Positions 1 to 12,600 of a stretch of 63,701 nucleotides of DNA are shown here, piece after piece. Location: assembly GCA_013115125.1 (NCBI GenBank), contig JABANN010000133.1, positions 1 through 63,701 on the forward strand. The letters run 5' to 3'. Made by a program: the position numbers and the translations under genes. Within the stretch, counting starts at the first letter, position 1; each line of letters starts with the position of its first letter. The notes under the pieces were generated by a model that had not been told where the DNA came from, made no database searches, and saw nothing but the letters and a program-made list of their open reading frames with translations. Origin of the DNA: Perkinsus olseni (taxonomy: Eukaryota).

Positions 1-250
1 AGTAGTACTAGTCACAGGACCACTAGTTGTAGTAGTAGTACTAGTCACAGGACCACTAGTTGTAGTAGTAGTACTAGTCACAGGACCACTAGTTGTAGTA
101 GTAGTACTAGTCACAGGACCACTAGTTGTAGTAGTAGTACTAGTCACAGGACCACTAGTTGTAGTAGTAGTACTAGTCACAGGACCACTAGTTGTTGTAG
201 TAGTACTAGTCATAGGACCACTAGTTGTGTAGTAGTACTAGTCACAGGAC
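1..250 (-). repeat. 33-bp coding tandem repeat (TSGPVTSTTTT)
   Basis: agtagtactagtcacaggaccactagttgtagt repeats from position 1 to about 250. Confidence 0.95.
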
Positions 251-2585
251 CACGGGTCGTGGAGGTTGTAGTCGGGCAGTAGCATGGAATATTTGTTCCT
301 GAACACACGCTCGGATTCAACCAGTACTTGCAATAGGAGCCAGGAACCTTGGAATCGCAGAACTCATCGCATATGAGCCATGGAGTTGTGTTAGTCGTTG
401 TAGTAGTACTAGTCACAGGACCACTAGTTGTAGTAGTACTAGTCACAGGACCACTAGTTGTAGTAGTACTAGTCACAGGACCACTAGTTGTAGTAGTACT
501 AGTCACAGGACCACTAGTTGTAGTAGTACTAGTCACAGGACCACTAGTTGTAGTAGTACAGTGATCTCCGCACCAGTTGAGGAAGCGGAAGTCGGGTCCT
601 TCGAAGTAGTCTTGCATGACAATGCCGCCCGTTGGCTTGTAATTCACAAGATTACCATTGCCAGAGGTACACACTTGATTAGGGGCCAAACCACAGCCGC
701 ACCCACCAGCGTAAAGTTCACCCGGACCAACTGGGTTCTCCAGTGGAAGGCGGTAGACCGAATCGGTGAACTTACGGTAGTAGAGGAAGCCGTCGGGAGC
801 CGCAGTAAAGCTCTGATCACCTTGAATATCTAGCGAGATAGAAGACCATTGAGGATCTACAGACCCATCCATCATAGCGTAGGCAATGCCACCATTTATT
901 CTAACATACAGCTTACCAAGCGTGTAGCGCAAAATGGTTGGTTCAACAAGAACACCCGAGCCGCTCAAGGACTCCAATTGTTTCCAGCCTCGGTTTTGAG
1001 TTGTGAACCGAGCTATGTCACCAGTCGCCTTCTCAGTTACATAAAGGATATGCGACACGCTGTCGAAAGCGACCCCAGTGTACTCCTTGAGGGGATCAGC
1101 CGGTGCTATTGTTACAAAGGAATCAGAATTCTTCGGATTTAAAACAACAATAGCGCCTTCGCTGATACCGAAGACGTACATGTTGTCGCCCGAAGCCTCG
1201 ATGTTAGAGAGATCTTTCTGGGCAACATAAACCCAACTGTTGCACTCGATCCTCCAAAGCGTGCGGATACCGTCGGCACTAGAGTAGCCAGCGAGATACC
1301 ATACACCCTTATTAGTAAAGCTAAACGACTCAGTGGTTATCTGACCCGGTGGAAGAAGGCCAGGAAAGGTTGTTCTGTCTGCAACGCAGAAATCGCCCGA
1401 ACACTGGCCAGACGAAGTTGTAGTAGTACTAGTCACAGGACCACTCGTTGTAGTAGTACCAGTCACAGGACCACTAGTTGTAGTAGTACCAGTCACAGGA
1501 CCACTAGTTGTTGTAGTACTAGTCACAGGACCACTAGTTGTAGTAGTACTAGTCACTGGACCACTAGTTGTAGAGCTGCCGTAACATGGAGGTATGGATA
1601 ACTTGTGAGGACTCCAACTCACTAAACGGAAAGAAAGATCCTCAGGGTTGCCGTATAATTCTGGGTAATCTTGAATGATAATTTGTCCACTAGGTGTAAA
1701 TGTAACCAAGTTGCTCTCCTGACTGTTACAGAGTTGATTCGAGCTCGGGCCGCATCCACAAGCTCCGGCAAATATATCACCAGGACCATCTGGAGGGTTC
1801 GAGATCGGCTTACGGTAAACCTTGTTATTAGTTTTGCTGTAATAAACGAAGTTATCAGGCGAAACAGTAAGACCCCGCTGACCATAAACATAGATTCCGC
1901 CGAAGGTCTGAGTCGCCGCGGAGTCGAATGGCTTCCATTGCCACACTCCATCAAAAACACGTATGAATAGATAACCATCATACCAGCGGACAACAGTAGG
2001 GTTGTTCAGCCCATCAGCCGTGTCCAAGGCTTCACCGGAGGGATTACCGGCTACCAACACGCGCGCAGACCACTGACCATCACCTTGCGTGTATTGGTAC
2101 ACCGCATTCTTCTTCGAAGCTGCAGCAAACAGGATACCAGTAGAATCATCATAGGCTACACCACTCCACGAGAAGCTGGTATCTTCAGCTTCGATCAAAT
2201 CATACTCGTTTTTCAAAGCAGTATCATACGAGCGAATTGCCGATTTCGCTGTAACAGCAAAAACGGCAGAACCATCTAGACTAACTTGAATGTCGATGAA
2301 CTTGTCACCTTCGGCAAGGACTTCGTACGAATCAAGCGTGCTGGACACTCGCCACAAAAATGGCACGTTATCAACATCAGACGAACCCGCAATATACCAT
2401 CGGCCTTCTGAGTCAATGCTGAACGCATCCATGGTGATATGTCCAGGAGGCAACATATTGGGATAACATACAGAATCGATAATATCAGTCGCTTCATTTT
2501 TTTCACACCAATCTGCTGGAGTAGATAGTACAGAACACAACAATAAGATGAAGACCAACCACCTTGGTAGAATTGTTCTCGACAT
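210..2585 (-). CDS. Secreted protein with two paralogous Cys-containing beta-propeller (NHL-like) domains, Thr-rich mucin-like repeats and a small Cys-rich module; probably continues past the window start
   Basis: Intronless 791-aa ORF with a signal-peptide-like N-terminus (MSRTILPRWLVFILLLCSVLS). Internal duplication: LPPGHITMDAFSIDSEGRWYIAG vs LPPGQITTESFSFTNKGVWYLAG, and GPGDIFAGACGCG vs GPGELYAGGCGCG. TSGPVTSTTT repeats and a CDEFCDSKVPGSYCKYWLNPSVC module follow. The stop at 210 results from a 1-nt deletion in a repeat unit. Confidence 0.85.
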   Translation of the reverse strand: MSRTILPRWLVFILLLCSVLSTPADWCEKNEATDIIDSVCYPNMLPPGHITMDAFSIDSEGRWYIAGSSDVDNVPFLWRVSSTLDSYEVLAEGDKFIDIQVSLDGSAVFAVTAKSAIRSYDTALKNEYDLIEAEDTSFSWSGVAYDDSTGILFAAASKKNAVYQYTQGDGQWSARVLVAGNPSGEALDTADGLNNPTVVRWYDGYLFIRVFDGVWQWKPFDSAATQTFGGIYVYGQRGLTVSPDNFVYYSKTNNKVYRKPISNPPDGPGDIFAGACGCGPSSNQLCNSQESNLVTFTPSGQIIIQDYPELYGNPEDLSFRLVSWSPHKLSIPPCYGSSTTSGPVTSTTTTSGPVTSTTTTSGPVTGTTTTSGPVTGTTTTSGPVTSTTTTSSGQCSGDFCVADRTTFPGLLPPGQITTESFSFTNKGVWYLAGYSSADGIRTLWRIECNSWVYVAQKDLSNIEASGDNMYVFGISEGAIVVLNPKNSDSFVTIAPADPLKEYTGVAFDSVSHILYVTEKATGDIARFTTQNRGWKQLESLSGSGVLVEPTILRYTLGKLYVRINGGIAYAMMDGSVDPQWSSISLDIQGDQSFTAAPDGFLYYRKFTDSVYRLPLENPVGPGELYAGGCGCGLAPNQVCTSGNGNLVNYKPTGGIVMQDYFEGPDFRFLNWCGDHCTTTTSGPVTSTTTTSGPVTSTTTTSGPVTSTTTTSGPVTSTTTTSGPVTSTTTTTNTTPWLICDEFCDSKVPGSYCKYWLNPSVCSGTNIPCYCPTTTSTTRGPVTSTTTQLVVL
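398..560 (-). repeat. 30-bp coding tandem repeat (TSGPVTSTTT)
   Basis: ccactagttgtagtagtactagtcacagga, about 5 copies. Confidence 0.95.
1416..1572 (-). repeat. 30-bp coding tandem repeat forming the linker between the two propeller domains
   Basis: Same unit with variants (TSGPVTGTTT), about 5 copies. Confidence 0.9.
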
Positions 2586-5211
2586 ATGAAAGAACTTAAA
2601 GTCTGAGGAAGAACGATAGAGTGCTCGAATGAGTAATCAACGAGTAGTAACACATTATGAGTAATAACAAGTGCACACTGAACTCGGCTCGACTCTGTCC
2701 AGATGTCATGATATTTTCTACACGATCGACGAAAGTTCAGATTATTATAGCCATTCCGTGTGAGTGGAACCAGCTCCACGACGCAGAGTTACACTAGCTA
2801 TGAACCCAGACCCTACTGGCTGAAGCATGTGCGTTGGTGGTTGAGATTTGTACAGCCGACAGTCCAGTGGATGAGAATGCTCCACATCACACAAAGCCTA
2901 CTTTGGGCTCCACTTTGTGATAATCATTTGTTGCATTACTCCAGTACTGGGCCTACTAGTTCACCGTGAACGAATACTGATTCCCTTCACTGATTACTAA
3001 TTCGGCTGATTCACTGAAAATGGCACCATGCTGATGTCAACAGGATGCAGATCCTGCTCGGCCACGCACGGCCCACTCACAACTAGTGAGCTGAACTCGT
3101 CTCAGCTCACCAATCACGCGTAAGGCTGTTCCTATGAGAAGACAGCAACTCGCGAGAATAGGCAGTCCAATACCAAGCAGAGTCTCCGGGCTGTTGCGGT
3201 AGAGCAAATTTTGCAAGAACTCAATCAATTTGAGGTCAAATCTTCATCAGCACGACCTAGAGGTAGCGAGGGACAGACTGCTCATTCAATGAACTTCATT
3301 GGCTGCCTACTTCTTCGCCGTTTCTTCGCGACTCCCTGCTGTCATCACCAGTGGACACCTCTGCATTGTGGGGCTTTCACTGCTAACTCCATGACACATG
3401 CATATTCTGGAGTACGTATGATGTTCAGCCACGTTGACGCGCAGAACCCCAGCTCTAGTGGATATGTGGACTCAGGGTAACCAGCAGCGGCCCTATCATA
3501 GACCCCGTGCCTGACTGACACTGGCACGCGGAACGGACAGCCGCAACCGTGGCAGCAGGATGCGAACACATGATGCGACGCTTGCCAGAACATGATGAGT
3601 CCGCGAGGCACCCACAATGACTGTCGTCAGAACCCGCAGAGTGGGCAAGGTTAGAACAGGTTCGAGGAACACAGGTCGGCAATACTCATTGACGACGCCG
3701 CAGCGACTCGGAATGGCAAGTCGAAGGCCGCGTGGGAGGCGTAAGTTGATGTACGACGCACGTCCATTAAACGAGCATCGGTCACAGCGGCGCTGAGTAC
3801 TTCAATGCAGAGCGCACGGCTACCTGGGGCGCGCAGGTGCCCGAACTAGAATCGTCGCAGTAGTACAGCGAGCGCACCAGGGTGAGAGCGGCAGAGAACC
3901 ATACAGTGCGAGAGTACGACGACCACCCGCGTGACAAGGTTGAGTTAAACTGTGATACTGCTTTTTCCGCTGGTGCAGGCCGAGTTCTCTCATAAGGTGA
4001 ATTCCACAGTTCTCCCAAGAGAAACTAATCTATCTTCGTGCAATACTCGCCAGCTGTCGAACTGCGAATCGGCTCGGGAGTAGCGTATTAAAGCCGGTAT
4101 ATACTGTGTACCATCACCATATCTTTATGACGCATTTCTTGAAGGTTTTCATACGAAACAATCATGTCGGCTATAACGCCCAATGTAGTCGTCTGCGTCA
4201 GGGCTCACAGTCCGTTGTTATTGTGCATGATTATCTTTGATCTATCAACTGACTGCAACGCAACAACTCCGATGCAAACAGACGTGTCGATCTCTCTAGT
4301 TTGAGTCTCAAATGTTGAGGCAATGTGCTCTGCCAGAGCAGACGCTAAAATCCGGGCCAGCGACAGTCCGGTGATTCAGAACAAACTCTAATCAGACGAG
4401 AGCCGACCGAGCCCCATCTCACTGTGAAATGTATCGAGTTCAAGAAAAGACATGTCACCCTCCTATGAGCCGGTGGAACACTGTCCTTACAATTGTCGCT
4501 ACTGATAGTAGGCTACGGTCGATATTCAAGAACAGTCTGTCAAGAAATGATCTGTGTACAATGCTAGCTGTCGGGCGCGGGGAACAATGCTAGCTTGCGG
4601 CTCGAATCTGATGCAACTGGAAGCTTGCAATATTCTCATAACTCATCATAGGATTGGGCCTCGCGTTGCCCGCCTCAGGGAGGTTAAGTGCGCGCCGCTC
4701 CGCTGTTGGGAACTGGAGAGGCTCACGCTAACAGCGTGGCGCTGCATTTACGAAATTAGGAGTGCTATATTGGTGGCGAGCACCGGTTCACAGTCGGGAG
4801 ACTTCTCCCAGAGGACCCGCAGCATGTACGTGACGGGAGGGTCCTATGACCTGGACTCATCGGCGGGATCGAAGGAGCGGTGTCATACTGTAAATGTATC
4901 AACAATCTGTCTCCGTCTGTCTGTATCTGTCTCGTCCGCCGCTATCGTCTGGCGGTCAAGACGTTGTGCCGCGGGTGTGGCAACCCCCGTTCGAACCAGG
5001 GCGGCGTCTTAGATTTTAAAACACACGCGAATGTTGACGTAGTGGCCTACCAAACAGCGGCCCACAGAACAGATCAACAGCTTTGGGTTGGGGGATGCAC
5101 GAGACGCTGGCTCGGGAGTCTCACCTTGCCACAGAGCAAAGGCCGGGTATCTAGAAGGCAGAAGTCTCACCGGCAGCAAGCCTTAGCAGGACCACTTGAC
5201 GTTGAGGGCAG

Positions 5212-5961
5212 GTGGTCTCACCGAGACCGCATAACAGACTCGTCTTGTACGCGTTTTCTAGCCCAAAGGATAAGGTAGAATGTTCATATCGGAGAACTTC
5301 GAGTTCTACCCCTCCGAATGTCATTGAATCAACATTTGCTGCTCGTAGTGACATGTTCTTCCCACCGAAGACTCGAACTGCCGACCTTTCAATTAGTAAC
5401 CCGAACTCCTACCGTCTACACCACGAGAGAATACATCTCTACAAATGCGATGAGGAAGCCTATCCTGCACATGAAGCGATTCTCACGGTCACGCGGCGAG
5501 AGGGCTTGCTTTCATTATTCAGAGGTTTTAACCGATTTGAGAGGGTGAAAAAGTTTTATAGACGGACTCACTCGCGCATCACCGTTCTCGGGCGGAACCT
5601 TTGCGATGTGCTGAGCAGCATCTCTCAGAATCCTCCCAGAGTCGCCACGCAATGGGAATCCGGGAGGGTCTTTCACTTCCGAAAGGTCTCAACGAACTCC
5701 GTTGATGACGATCTCGCGGGACCGCTCCCCTCTCGAGTACGGAACCTCTACTCCCCGATCCATGCATCATTCTCAGGCCACGAGCTGTACGTTCTCTCAA
5801 CCCTTCACTCCGTAACCAGTCGTTGCTCATCCTACAGTTCGCGCTGGAGTCTGACGAACGCCTTGCCGGCCAGGGGATCTTTCATGCTATCACATACATG
5901 CTTCACGGTGGTCCAGCGGTTGAATCTAGTCGTAACTTTACGCAAGGCCATACCATTGTGA
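5212..5961 (+). CDS. Hypothetical lineage-specific protein (partial, probably spliced)
   Basis: 249-codon ORF with a protein-like first half (KVECSYRR...LHHERIHLYKCDEE...FERVKKFYR); no recognisable family. Confidence 0.3.
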   Translation: MVSPRPHNRLVLYAFSSPKDKVECSYRRTSSSTPPNVIESTFAARSDMFFPPKTRTADLSISNPNSYRLHHERIHLYKCDEEAYPAHEAILTVTRREGLLSLFRGFNRFERVKKFYRRTHSRITVLGRNLCDVLSSISQNPPRVATQWESGRVFHFRKVSTNSVDDDLAGPLPSRVRNLYSPIHASFSGHELYVLSTLHSVTSRCSSYSSRWSLTNALPARGSFMLSHTCFTVVQRLNLVVTLRKAIPL

Positions 5962-6457
5962 AACATACGTTAATGTTAGGATTACCCAAAGTCACTATCA
6001 CTACTAGAGTCATCATCAGAATAGTAACCGATCGGATGGAGATAATTGAAGTTCATCGAGAATTGGTCTTCACCCGATGACTTGCCGCTCGTTGCCAATT
6101 CGTTACCTGGCACAACTCTGGAAGATACAACAATCTGAATGATTCTATTATTTTGGTACGCACGCACGCACGCACAAGATATTAAATGGAATGATTGCTA
6201 ATGTTGATAGTCAAGTCTCGGTCTTTCAACACGAGTTACGATTGTGTTGGTATGCGCGTATCCAAAAATACTACATAGTATCCGCGCTATGAAAGCTTCC
6301 CCTGCCTCTCCTTGGCCCGTCCTCCTCGTATGAAGCCTCGGTGGATTGCAGGGCTCCTTATCAGAGTATACCATAACAGACCAACACTTGCCATCGTGCT
6401 CGGCATATCTGAAGATACTCGAAAATTGATAACTCCTACACACCAACTTCGATAAGT

Positions 6458-6710
6458 CAACCTCATTTGTATCCTCTACGCATACTTCAATAGCAGATCC
6501 TCATAAATATCTTATATGCATCAACCTCAATAGCTCAACCTCATGCATATCTTATATGCATCAACCTCAATAGCTCAACCTCATTTGAATCTTACATGCA
6601 TCAACTTCAGTAGCGCAACCTCATTTGTATCTTATACACATCAACTTCAGTAGCTCAACCCCGTTTGTAACTTATATACATGAGCTTCGAGAGTTCAACC
6701 CTGATCGTAT
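6458..6710. repeat. 40-bp minisatellite, about 6 degenerate copies
   Basis: Unit TCAACCTCATTTGTATCTTATATGCATCAACTTCAGTAGC. Its reverse complement matches the dispersed AGGTTGA..AAGATAC..AGGTTGA element. Confidence 0.9.
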
Positions 6711-8589
6711 GCATCAACATCGCATTTTGTCCGACGACAGAATGCCCGCGCCGAGTTTCGAACTTGATGCCTCCCGCATGCTCACCTGACAGGCTTTCCA
6801 CAATTGCAACACATCTCTTCCACCAACAGCTGAGGCTCAATCACCTCAACCTCTCCACCCGTCGTGTGACCAAAACAAGAGGACGACCGACTTCGCAGAG
6901 TAAAGCTCAGACCGCATCGACTCTGATAAAGACGATTTCCCGCTCGGAAGACTACCGGGATTTTCAACAACAAATCAATGTGCGAGGACTCGCGAGATAT
7001 TGGGCCGATAAAACCAAGCATGTCGGTGCTGATGGCGGGTAGCTCTCTCGCCACGGCAGAATTTAGAGGTTAAATGAAACTATGCTTTTATGAAAGAATT
7101 GCATTACGGAGAATATTCCCGAAGTTCTCCGATGAATTTGGTGCTGAGGAAAATAAAGACTAGCCGACCCATTAAAAGCAAAATTTCGGAGAAGGAGAGG
7201 CTTCTCACTTTTTTAACGGGATGAGACGTAGAATTTTCCAGTTTGTGATGACCAGGATTCCTGGTCCAGGAAGCGTCCCCTACTACACATATCCTTCGGG
7301 AATCCAACACTCCGGCCCTGATAGGTCGACCTTCAGTAAAGATACTCATACAGGTCGAAGTGAATGACATAATGTCACGCTCATCGAGATATAAACACAA
7401 GAACCGAGGAAGGAAGCTGGTTTGACAAATAGGGGAGACTCGGGCTGAAAGTTGAGAAAGGAGTGGTACGGACATACCAACGCTCGTACAGCTGCGTACC
7501 TCGTTTCGATGCCATTGGGAGCGATACCCCGGTAAGACCGCCTTCGTTATTCCCGCCATCACGGCGTATCTTCTTGGCTGCTGGCAACATTGAGGTCGAA
7601 AATGACCCAAAGCTGCTAGAAAGGTATCTTCCCTCTCTGTGGAGGTCCAGGGTGAGCCCAAATATATATGATACGATGGAGATGATGGTCAGTGGAGAGT
7701 AAATAACAAATCAGAGCCAATATTTGCTCCGGTATCCTAATGCGTATGCCAAACACGGGTTGACCTTCGTCTGTAATGAATCTCCTACGAATCGCGTCCG
7801 CCTTATTCGAAGGAGCCATCCGTCACCAGCAATCATCATTTCAAACCTCATGCTCGATCATCCATTTTGAGCTGTGATGAGCAGCAGAGCTTCTCCGGAA
7901 TCGCATGCAAAAAGATTTCGGGAAATTCAGGGTTACTCGCATTTGACCACCCTACCAGCAGCACGGAGCTATCGCACTCCCTGTCATCGAAGAGGTTCTC
8001 GAAGGAGCTCCTGTGAAGCCGAGAAGTTCACCGGCATCATCGATGAGCGGCCGATGACGAAGGCCCCTCACAGCTCAACGCGCACGTTCATCAATTTGAG
8101 TGGGAGGTACGGAGAGGCAATATGCTCGCTGTTAAGCAATACGACCTTTAGTTATGCCAAGTCCTCCATCTAGATCGGATGGGGCCGCTGGAGAGCGGCA
8201 ACAGCGGAGCGTTGAGGGTTGATTAGAGATGCACCACATGGCACCGTCATCGTGGCTTGAACTCACGAGGTGGATCGTAACTTAATCGTTACAAAGAACT
8301 TACGTCTGCGCGTTAACCGTGCACGCAAGCACAAGCTGATGCATTGAGGTGTTCTTGTTCTGAGCAGACGCAACCAACAAGAATCTTCCGCTTAGCATTG
8401 AGAGTTCCTAACAACAGCGTGGTCAGGTAGTGTAATGGTGGAGCTACGCTGTTTAGCCAACAGAGTGAGTGCCATGGGTGGGTTGGATTCTCGCATACAT
8501 CGTTATTCCGGCTCCTGTATATCGCCCTGTAATATGTGATCTCCAATCTGAAGCAGAGTGCTGTTAGGCTTGTCGACAACATCAGAAAA

Positions 8590-8707
8590 GGAAAGTGAAG
8601 GACGACGCATCTTACAAGTTCTACGAAAACGAAGGTAGTAGAACGACGGATTGCAGGAATGGGTTATCTCCGATATTACTGTGGGAGGCCGGCCAGTGTT
8701 TCAGTTG
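8590..8707 (+). pseudogene. Duplicated fragment (exon end plus intron start) of the downstream GPR180-like gene
   Basis: ggaaagtgaaggacgacgcatcttacaagttctacgaaaacgaaggtagtagaacgacgg... is nearly identical to 12218-12335. Confidence 0.85.
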
Positions 8708-9650
8708 TTTCCAAACATGCAAATGTTTTATCCGCGATAAGTTCGGTATCGCGCCACGGGGTGATCAGGAGGTGTTCAATGGACTGCCGCTCCTGAATTT
8801 CAGGAGCGCTCTCAGGATTCAATTTAACGGGTAAAATACGACCCTGGAAGCGCTCTTGAAGCTCAGGAGAGATCTATTAAACACGCGGTCAGAGCCGTTC
8901 GTGGAATCGCATGAGATGTAAAGCTGTCACTCACCGTTCAATAAATTACCCCTGAAACTCTGAATCGAGTCTGGAAATGACTTTCACACGTAAAGAATCA
9001 ATTAAGAGTTTCAGAAGTGGTTTGTTGAACGACCCGTCTAATAGACGGCGTCGGGAGGTGGATTCGAGTATCACCGCATTTGTACTCAAATGAATGCCTC
9101 TCCAGTGCCTGGCCAGAAGCGCGTCGTGAACCCTCAGTTCGGGGTGTTCGTCGCAACCCTGCCCGAGTAATATGGAGTTGTTCGACAGTCGTCAACTTCA
9201 TGAACTTGCCCTAGATCCATGCCATCGGTATCGGACTGTGTCGGTTAGGTGGCACATGAATGCGGTTTGAAGAGCACATTTGTGTGTTATTGGCGTAACG
9301 CCCTTGAATGACGGGACTTCTGACTTACGCACCTTTGTAGGCAAGCTCGTCTACCCACAACGGACTGGCCTGTGCTGTTTGCGGGCGTTGTTTGTCTCTC
9401 TGTGTGGCTGCTTAAGGCCATTGGAGAACGTTTCACGTTGATATGTATAATCTACCATGTCAGACGTGTACAATTTCGTTTCCACCCTAAACGCCCTTTG
9501 AAGTGAGACGTGGGCAACGTACCATTAACAAAGGACGCTTCAATTGACCGCGGTTGTCTTGGCTTCGAGTGAGTCGTTCGTGTACCGTACACGGTGTATG
9601 GATACTCACAGCCATGGAGAGTACTCATCGATTTAGTTCATCCTTTATTA

Positions 9651-12600
9651 ATGACCAGCGTCGTCACTCTACTACTACTGCTACTGCTTCAAGGACAAGT
9701 GGAGGCCAAATTCCAGACAGGGCCGATTCTGCTGGGGGGCAATCGGACGACGGACACGAGGTGGAGGTATCTTTCAAAATTCGGATATCATGTTGGTAAT
9801 AAGGGGAATGAGGAAGCTGCATGGCTGGAGAATGGGAACCAACTCAAAATTGACGTGTATAATTTCTTTTACCCTTGAAAGAATGTTCGTTCGCGGGATG
9901 GTCATCTTCGGTTGAGGATGGGAATGCTGTAGCGAAAATGTCGGCTATGGCGGTGGAGGGGTGTGTGCAATAGCCCTGAACAGAGCGCAATTGAACTTGA
10001 CGCGCGAAAGACGGCCCAGGGAGCGCTCCGGACCGGAAGGGCAGTCTATCGGACGCTGGGTATATGTTGTATCAATATTGACGGGACTACAGGGCGTTCA
10101 ACGCACCATTGAAAATAATGTGTGGGTAGCATAAACCTGCAGGAGAGTTATTCGGCGATGGAATTGGCTTGATATGTACATCGGTGAATCTGATTTTGAC
10201 TTAGCCATTGGTCACACGGTGTTTCCTTTCCACCGCTTTGCTAGAGTTACAACTGGGAGAATCTTAGAGGTTAATCACGCAAGATACGAATAGGTTGAAG
10301 CGATGAGTTTGCATACTGCTAGGTAGAGGCAGTTGGAAGCTGCGGATTCGGACGATCAAGAATCACACAGACGTGCCGATTGTCCTTCCGGTGGACATGT
10401 AGTAATTTCATGGCGCGTGAAGATGGCAGGACTCTCTCACAGTTATCGAGAGAAGAGCTTTGCGAAGGCAGAGGGCTTGCAGGAATGCGAGAAGCGTTCA
10501 GCTCGCGATAGTTCGATGATGACAACCCTGCCGGCGGGCGGCGAGTGGGGGCCGTGGATCGATGTAATACTGGAGGGCATTTAGCGATTTCAACTGGTCC
10601 GCGGAATTCTGCACATCGCAGTGCTTATCTTGCTTCGAACTGAGGCAGCCGTCGTTAAGGGTTGGGCAGTTCGTTTTGAAAACCAAAATCCTGAAGGATC
10701 TGGACACTGGCAGTGATGTGAGGAGTTACTCCTCTTGAGAATGGTCACGAGAATAGAATTCACTGTATCAATGGCAGTGCCCGTGTGATTGATCGCCGGG
10801 CACATGACTTCGTGTTTGGAGAGGCCTCTTTGATGTCGTGTAGCGGGAGTAGCGATGGTCGAAATCTAATCGATAATGTGGTTGATCATGATATAGAAGA
10901 GCGTGGCGGTCCCTCTCGACCTGTTATGGTGGCGCAGGAGAAGCAGTTTATGAGGTAGCACAATCGAGTGCGGGTAACGATAATAGAAAGACAATGGGAT
11001 CGTCCACCATCCCTTACGGCTCCTCATTGGTCATCGTATCAGGGTCACTTGTACACGGCAAAGCGGCCGCAAGTTTGGTATTGGGCAATCAGCGATTGCG
11101 AGAATAATCATTTCGCTACCTCGCCTGGGAGAATAAGGTGAGGGAGACTCACAAGGTCTGTCTGCTGCAGGGTTCGAGCTTAGATTTGAGTTCATAGCGA
11201 CGCAACCGGACGGCAGCGAAATCTCGGCGGAGCGAAGCGGAGTACAGTGGATTCTGCTGCTGCAGGTTTTAGTCTTCGGTGAGTTCGGCTTTCTGACACC
11301 TCTAGCTATCATATCCAAGTCTTCAGGCGCCTTCTCGTGCCACTTCTACACGGCCTGTCGGCGATTCGTGCGCTCTGCTGAGTCCTTACATCCTCTGGTC
11401 ATAACTTTGGCCTGCATCATCGCCCTACAGGTGTGGCAATGGGGAGAATTCATCTGATAAATTTCATCATTCTCTTTTCGAATGCATGAATGCTGGGGAC
11501 AGGCGTTATGTAATTGGTGGGCTTGTGGATCGAGAAGTAGAAATTCAACTTGGACTTGAATGGTCGTGAGTATCGAGAGTTCCATAGCGAGCTGGTGCCT
11601 ATCATGCCTTGGAAAGAGGAAACGAGTGGCTTCTAGGATATGCTGGTGTGCAACAGTTTTTGGTCTCGGCCGGGGAAATGAAATCTACAACGTTGGGTCT
11701 CTGTGGTCTCAGGCCTTGGTGTTGCTGTTTGAAGTTCTCCATATGTGGAGATATGCGTACAATGGCTACGGGCTGAAGGCATTGGATGTGATATCACAGA
11801 TGCTCAGTGTCGTGGATGAGGTTATCGGTAATTGAACCTGGGTCGCGCGAAGGAGAGCGCTGAAGTATTCGTGCGGTGTTCAGTTACGTCCTTGCTGATC
11901 CTCATCGCCTCTGGATACACTCTACTCCAGAGTGACCTTGGAGACCTCGATATTGTCATACCGATAGTATTCATGGTTGCAGTAATACAGTGTGGTTGAT
12001 AATCTTTTCGAGTTAGTTTCCGTAGTCCCAGAGCCAGCCTAAATGGCTTATCTGAGCTCTCTTTTAAGGAATCATTGTCATGGGTCATAGTAATTATACT
12101 GATGATACTAATAGAAAATTTCGCAATCATAGAGGGTCAGCGAAATGGAAGCGCTGGGATTCGAACCGACGCGTCTACCCTGCATGTAGATAATACATAT
12201 ACTTATCGTCGGGTTTGGGAAAGTCAAGGACGACGCATCTTACAAATTCTACGAAAACGAAGGTAGTAAAACGACGGGTTGCAGGAATGAGTTATCTTCG
12301 ATATTACCGTGGGAGGCCTCCAGTATTTCATTTGGTTGTTTTCGAACGGACGGCATGTCTCAGGTGTCGCGGGATATCTTCTGTCTGTTATGAGGCTCTG
12401 TCTTCTGGCATGGTTTCTGTGGGCTATCAATAGAACAGGGAAGCAGGCGAGTAGTACTGGGGCGATCGTTTTGAGTATGGCGTTTTGTGTAAGTTTCTGT
12501 AGCTCAATCGGTAGAGCGCGTGCCTTTTAAGCCCGTGGCCGCGGGTTCGAGCCCCGCCGGAGGTGTTTTGCTATAATCAGGTCCTAAATTGAAGTATTTC

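Noticed and set aside
1-560. Regular 30/33-bp repeats as a CRISPR array, and the + strand LVVVVLVTGP ORF
   Set aside because: No spacers; the repeats are coding in the minus-strand protein and the + ORF is its antisense shadow.
6458-6710. 40-bp repeats as CRISPR
   Set aside because: Head-to-tail units with no unique spacers, no cas genes, and a eukaryotic context.
11227-11239. GCGGAGCGAAGCG copy in the GPR180-like gene
   Set aside because: It appears to lie in coding sequence (SEISAERSG), so it was not counted as an intronic motif.
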